A DNA stretch of 64,000 nt from the human T2T-CHM13v2.0 reference genome, Homo sapiens. The notes beneath the pieces were generated by a model. That model was not told the origin of the DNA, searched no databases, and saw nothing but the letters and a program-made list of their open reading frames with translations. The stretch lies in the NCBI RefSeq assembly GCF_009914755.1, contig NC_060930.1; one strand, given 5' to 3'. Shown in pieces: positions 62,760-64,000 of the stretch. A program made the translations under genes and the position numbers. How positions within the stretch are numbered: position 1 is the stretch's first letter; each line of letters starts with the position of its first letter.

Positions 62760-62935
62760 CTGCGGGGGGAGGAGAAACAGTGGATTAATACCTCAGGCCA
62801 AGAGGAAGGAGGGGTCCCAGATGAAAAGGATCCTGGCTGGGCAGGCGCCTCAGCAGACCCAGCCTGGGTAGCACTGTTGGATCTGGGTAGGGGTAGAGGG
62901 TGTCTCCTGGGGTGGCTGAGATCTTGGTGAGTGAG

Positions 62936-62985
62936 TCTGGCCCCCCAAGCCTGGACAGGAATCTGGCCCCCCAAGCCTGGACAGG
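62936..62985. repeat. 26-bp-period tandem duplication in intron 2
   Basis: TCTGGCCCCCCAAGCCTGGACAGG repeated with AA spacer. Confidence 0.95.
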
Positions 62986-63656
62986 GTTGTAGATGCACCG
63001 ATTCGGAGGGGTTGCGTTGGAGAAGGGAGACTAGGTGTGCCTGGAAGGGGCAACCTTTAGGAGAAGGGTCGGCACCATTGCCTTCTAGGCTACAGCAAGG
63101 GTCTGAAGTGTGAGGCAGGTAGACGGGTGGGTGTGATGGACGACAAGCAGAGGTGTGGTGGGGGAGAGCATCAGAAATCCGCATTGCTCCTTTACAGCCC
63201 GGAGCAGTTTCATGAGGCCTCTGATTATCATCAGCCCCACTTTACAGATGGGAAAACAGGCTCAGAGGAGGCCAAAGACCCATCCAGGTCACACGCTTGG
63301 GTGGCACTGCTCAAGGCTAGAACCTGGACTCCAAAACCAGTGCTCATCCCACCAGGTCACAGCCAGCTGGAGCTCTTAGGCCTACTGGTTTCTCTGGGAC
63401 CCTGTAGCCCCAGACCTCCAACCCCTCCCAGCCTGCTCTGTTGTGTTGAGGCTTCACAAGCGTGCAGGCTGGGAAGGGTCAAATCTCCGCAATTATCTTT
63501 CTCAGACACTATGGGAGAAACATTAAACAGGCTTGACACACTTTGAACGGCGCCTGGCACATGGTTAGTGCTCAGTAAGGGCTCAAGCATTGCCGCTGTA
63601 ATTAGTCATAGCGTTGCCGCTATTGTTACCGTTCTTATTGTCAGAGCAGGACTTAC

Positions 63657-63697
63657 GTGGGTCGGACTTGGAAAACATGTCTTTGTCCAGGAGGTTC
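63657..63697 (-). CDS. CPNE5: CPNE5 exon 2 (41 nt): (R)NLLDKDMFSKSDP, start of C2A
   Basis: Acceptor TTTCAG, donor GTAAGT on minus strand; C2 motif DxxSKSDP; phase 2 in, phase 1 out. Confidence 0.95.
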
Positions 63698-64000
63698 CTG
63701 AAAGAGGGGGAGAGAGGAGGGGTTAGCACGGCCAGCTGAGAGGAGGCGACCTCAGGGGATTCAGGCTGTTACCGAGACCCAGAGGCTGCCTCTGGCCTGG
63801 CCTCAGGCAAAACAGTTCCACAATCGTTTATTAGGCTTCATTAAAAGCCAGGCACTGGGCAGGCCCTGGAGGTTCCTCAGCCCACCTGCCTAAGGTGTGC
63901 AGAACTCCCTACCTCCCACCCCTATCATCACCACAAGCACTCCGGGTAGGTGCCCTGGTCTTGGTGCCCTGTGTCGCACAGCCACTCACCATCGGGGGAT

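Noticed and set aside
63698-64000. CPNE5 exon 1 or promoter
   Set aside because: No start-codon exon or CpG island here; exon 2 begins in phase 2, so the first coding exon lies beyond the window.

Overview
Primate (very likely human) genomic DNA lying entirely inside the minus-strand gene CPNE5 (copine-5). I located 11 internal coding exons (exons 2-12, 760 nt, all with GT-AG boundaries and matching phases) that splice into one open frame encoding the C2A domain, a linker and most of C2B; exon 1 and the VWA-domain exons lie outside the window. The rest is intron filled with about 32 Alu elements, MIR/L2/L1/L3 relics, MaLR/ERVL LTRs, hAT and mariner-derived elements and microsatellites. None of the supplied six-frame ORFs is a credible independent gene. 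Most notable observations: (1) a perfect 27-bp inverted copy of the exon 10 5' splice site written into an old Alu 894 bp downstream, which could pair with and mask that donor in the pre-mRNA (exon 10 is frame-preserving); (2) a 51-nt in-frame candidate cassette exon built from a hAT transposon end, next to the 60-nt symmetric exon 7, giving a modular C2A-C2B linker; (3) a competing consensus donor 30 nt after exon 11 that would add an immediate stop; (4) several template-switch or duplication scars and candidate intronic enhancers. Repeat subfamily names and repeat boundaries are by-eye recognition and approximate; all functional statements are inference until tested.
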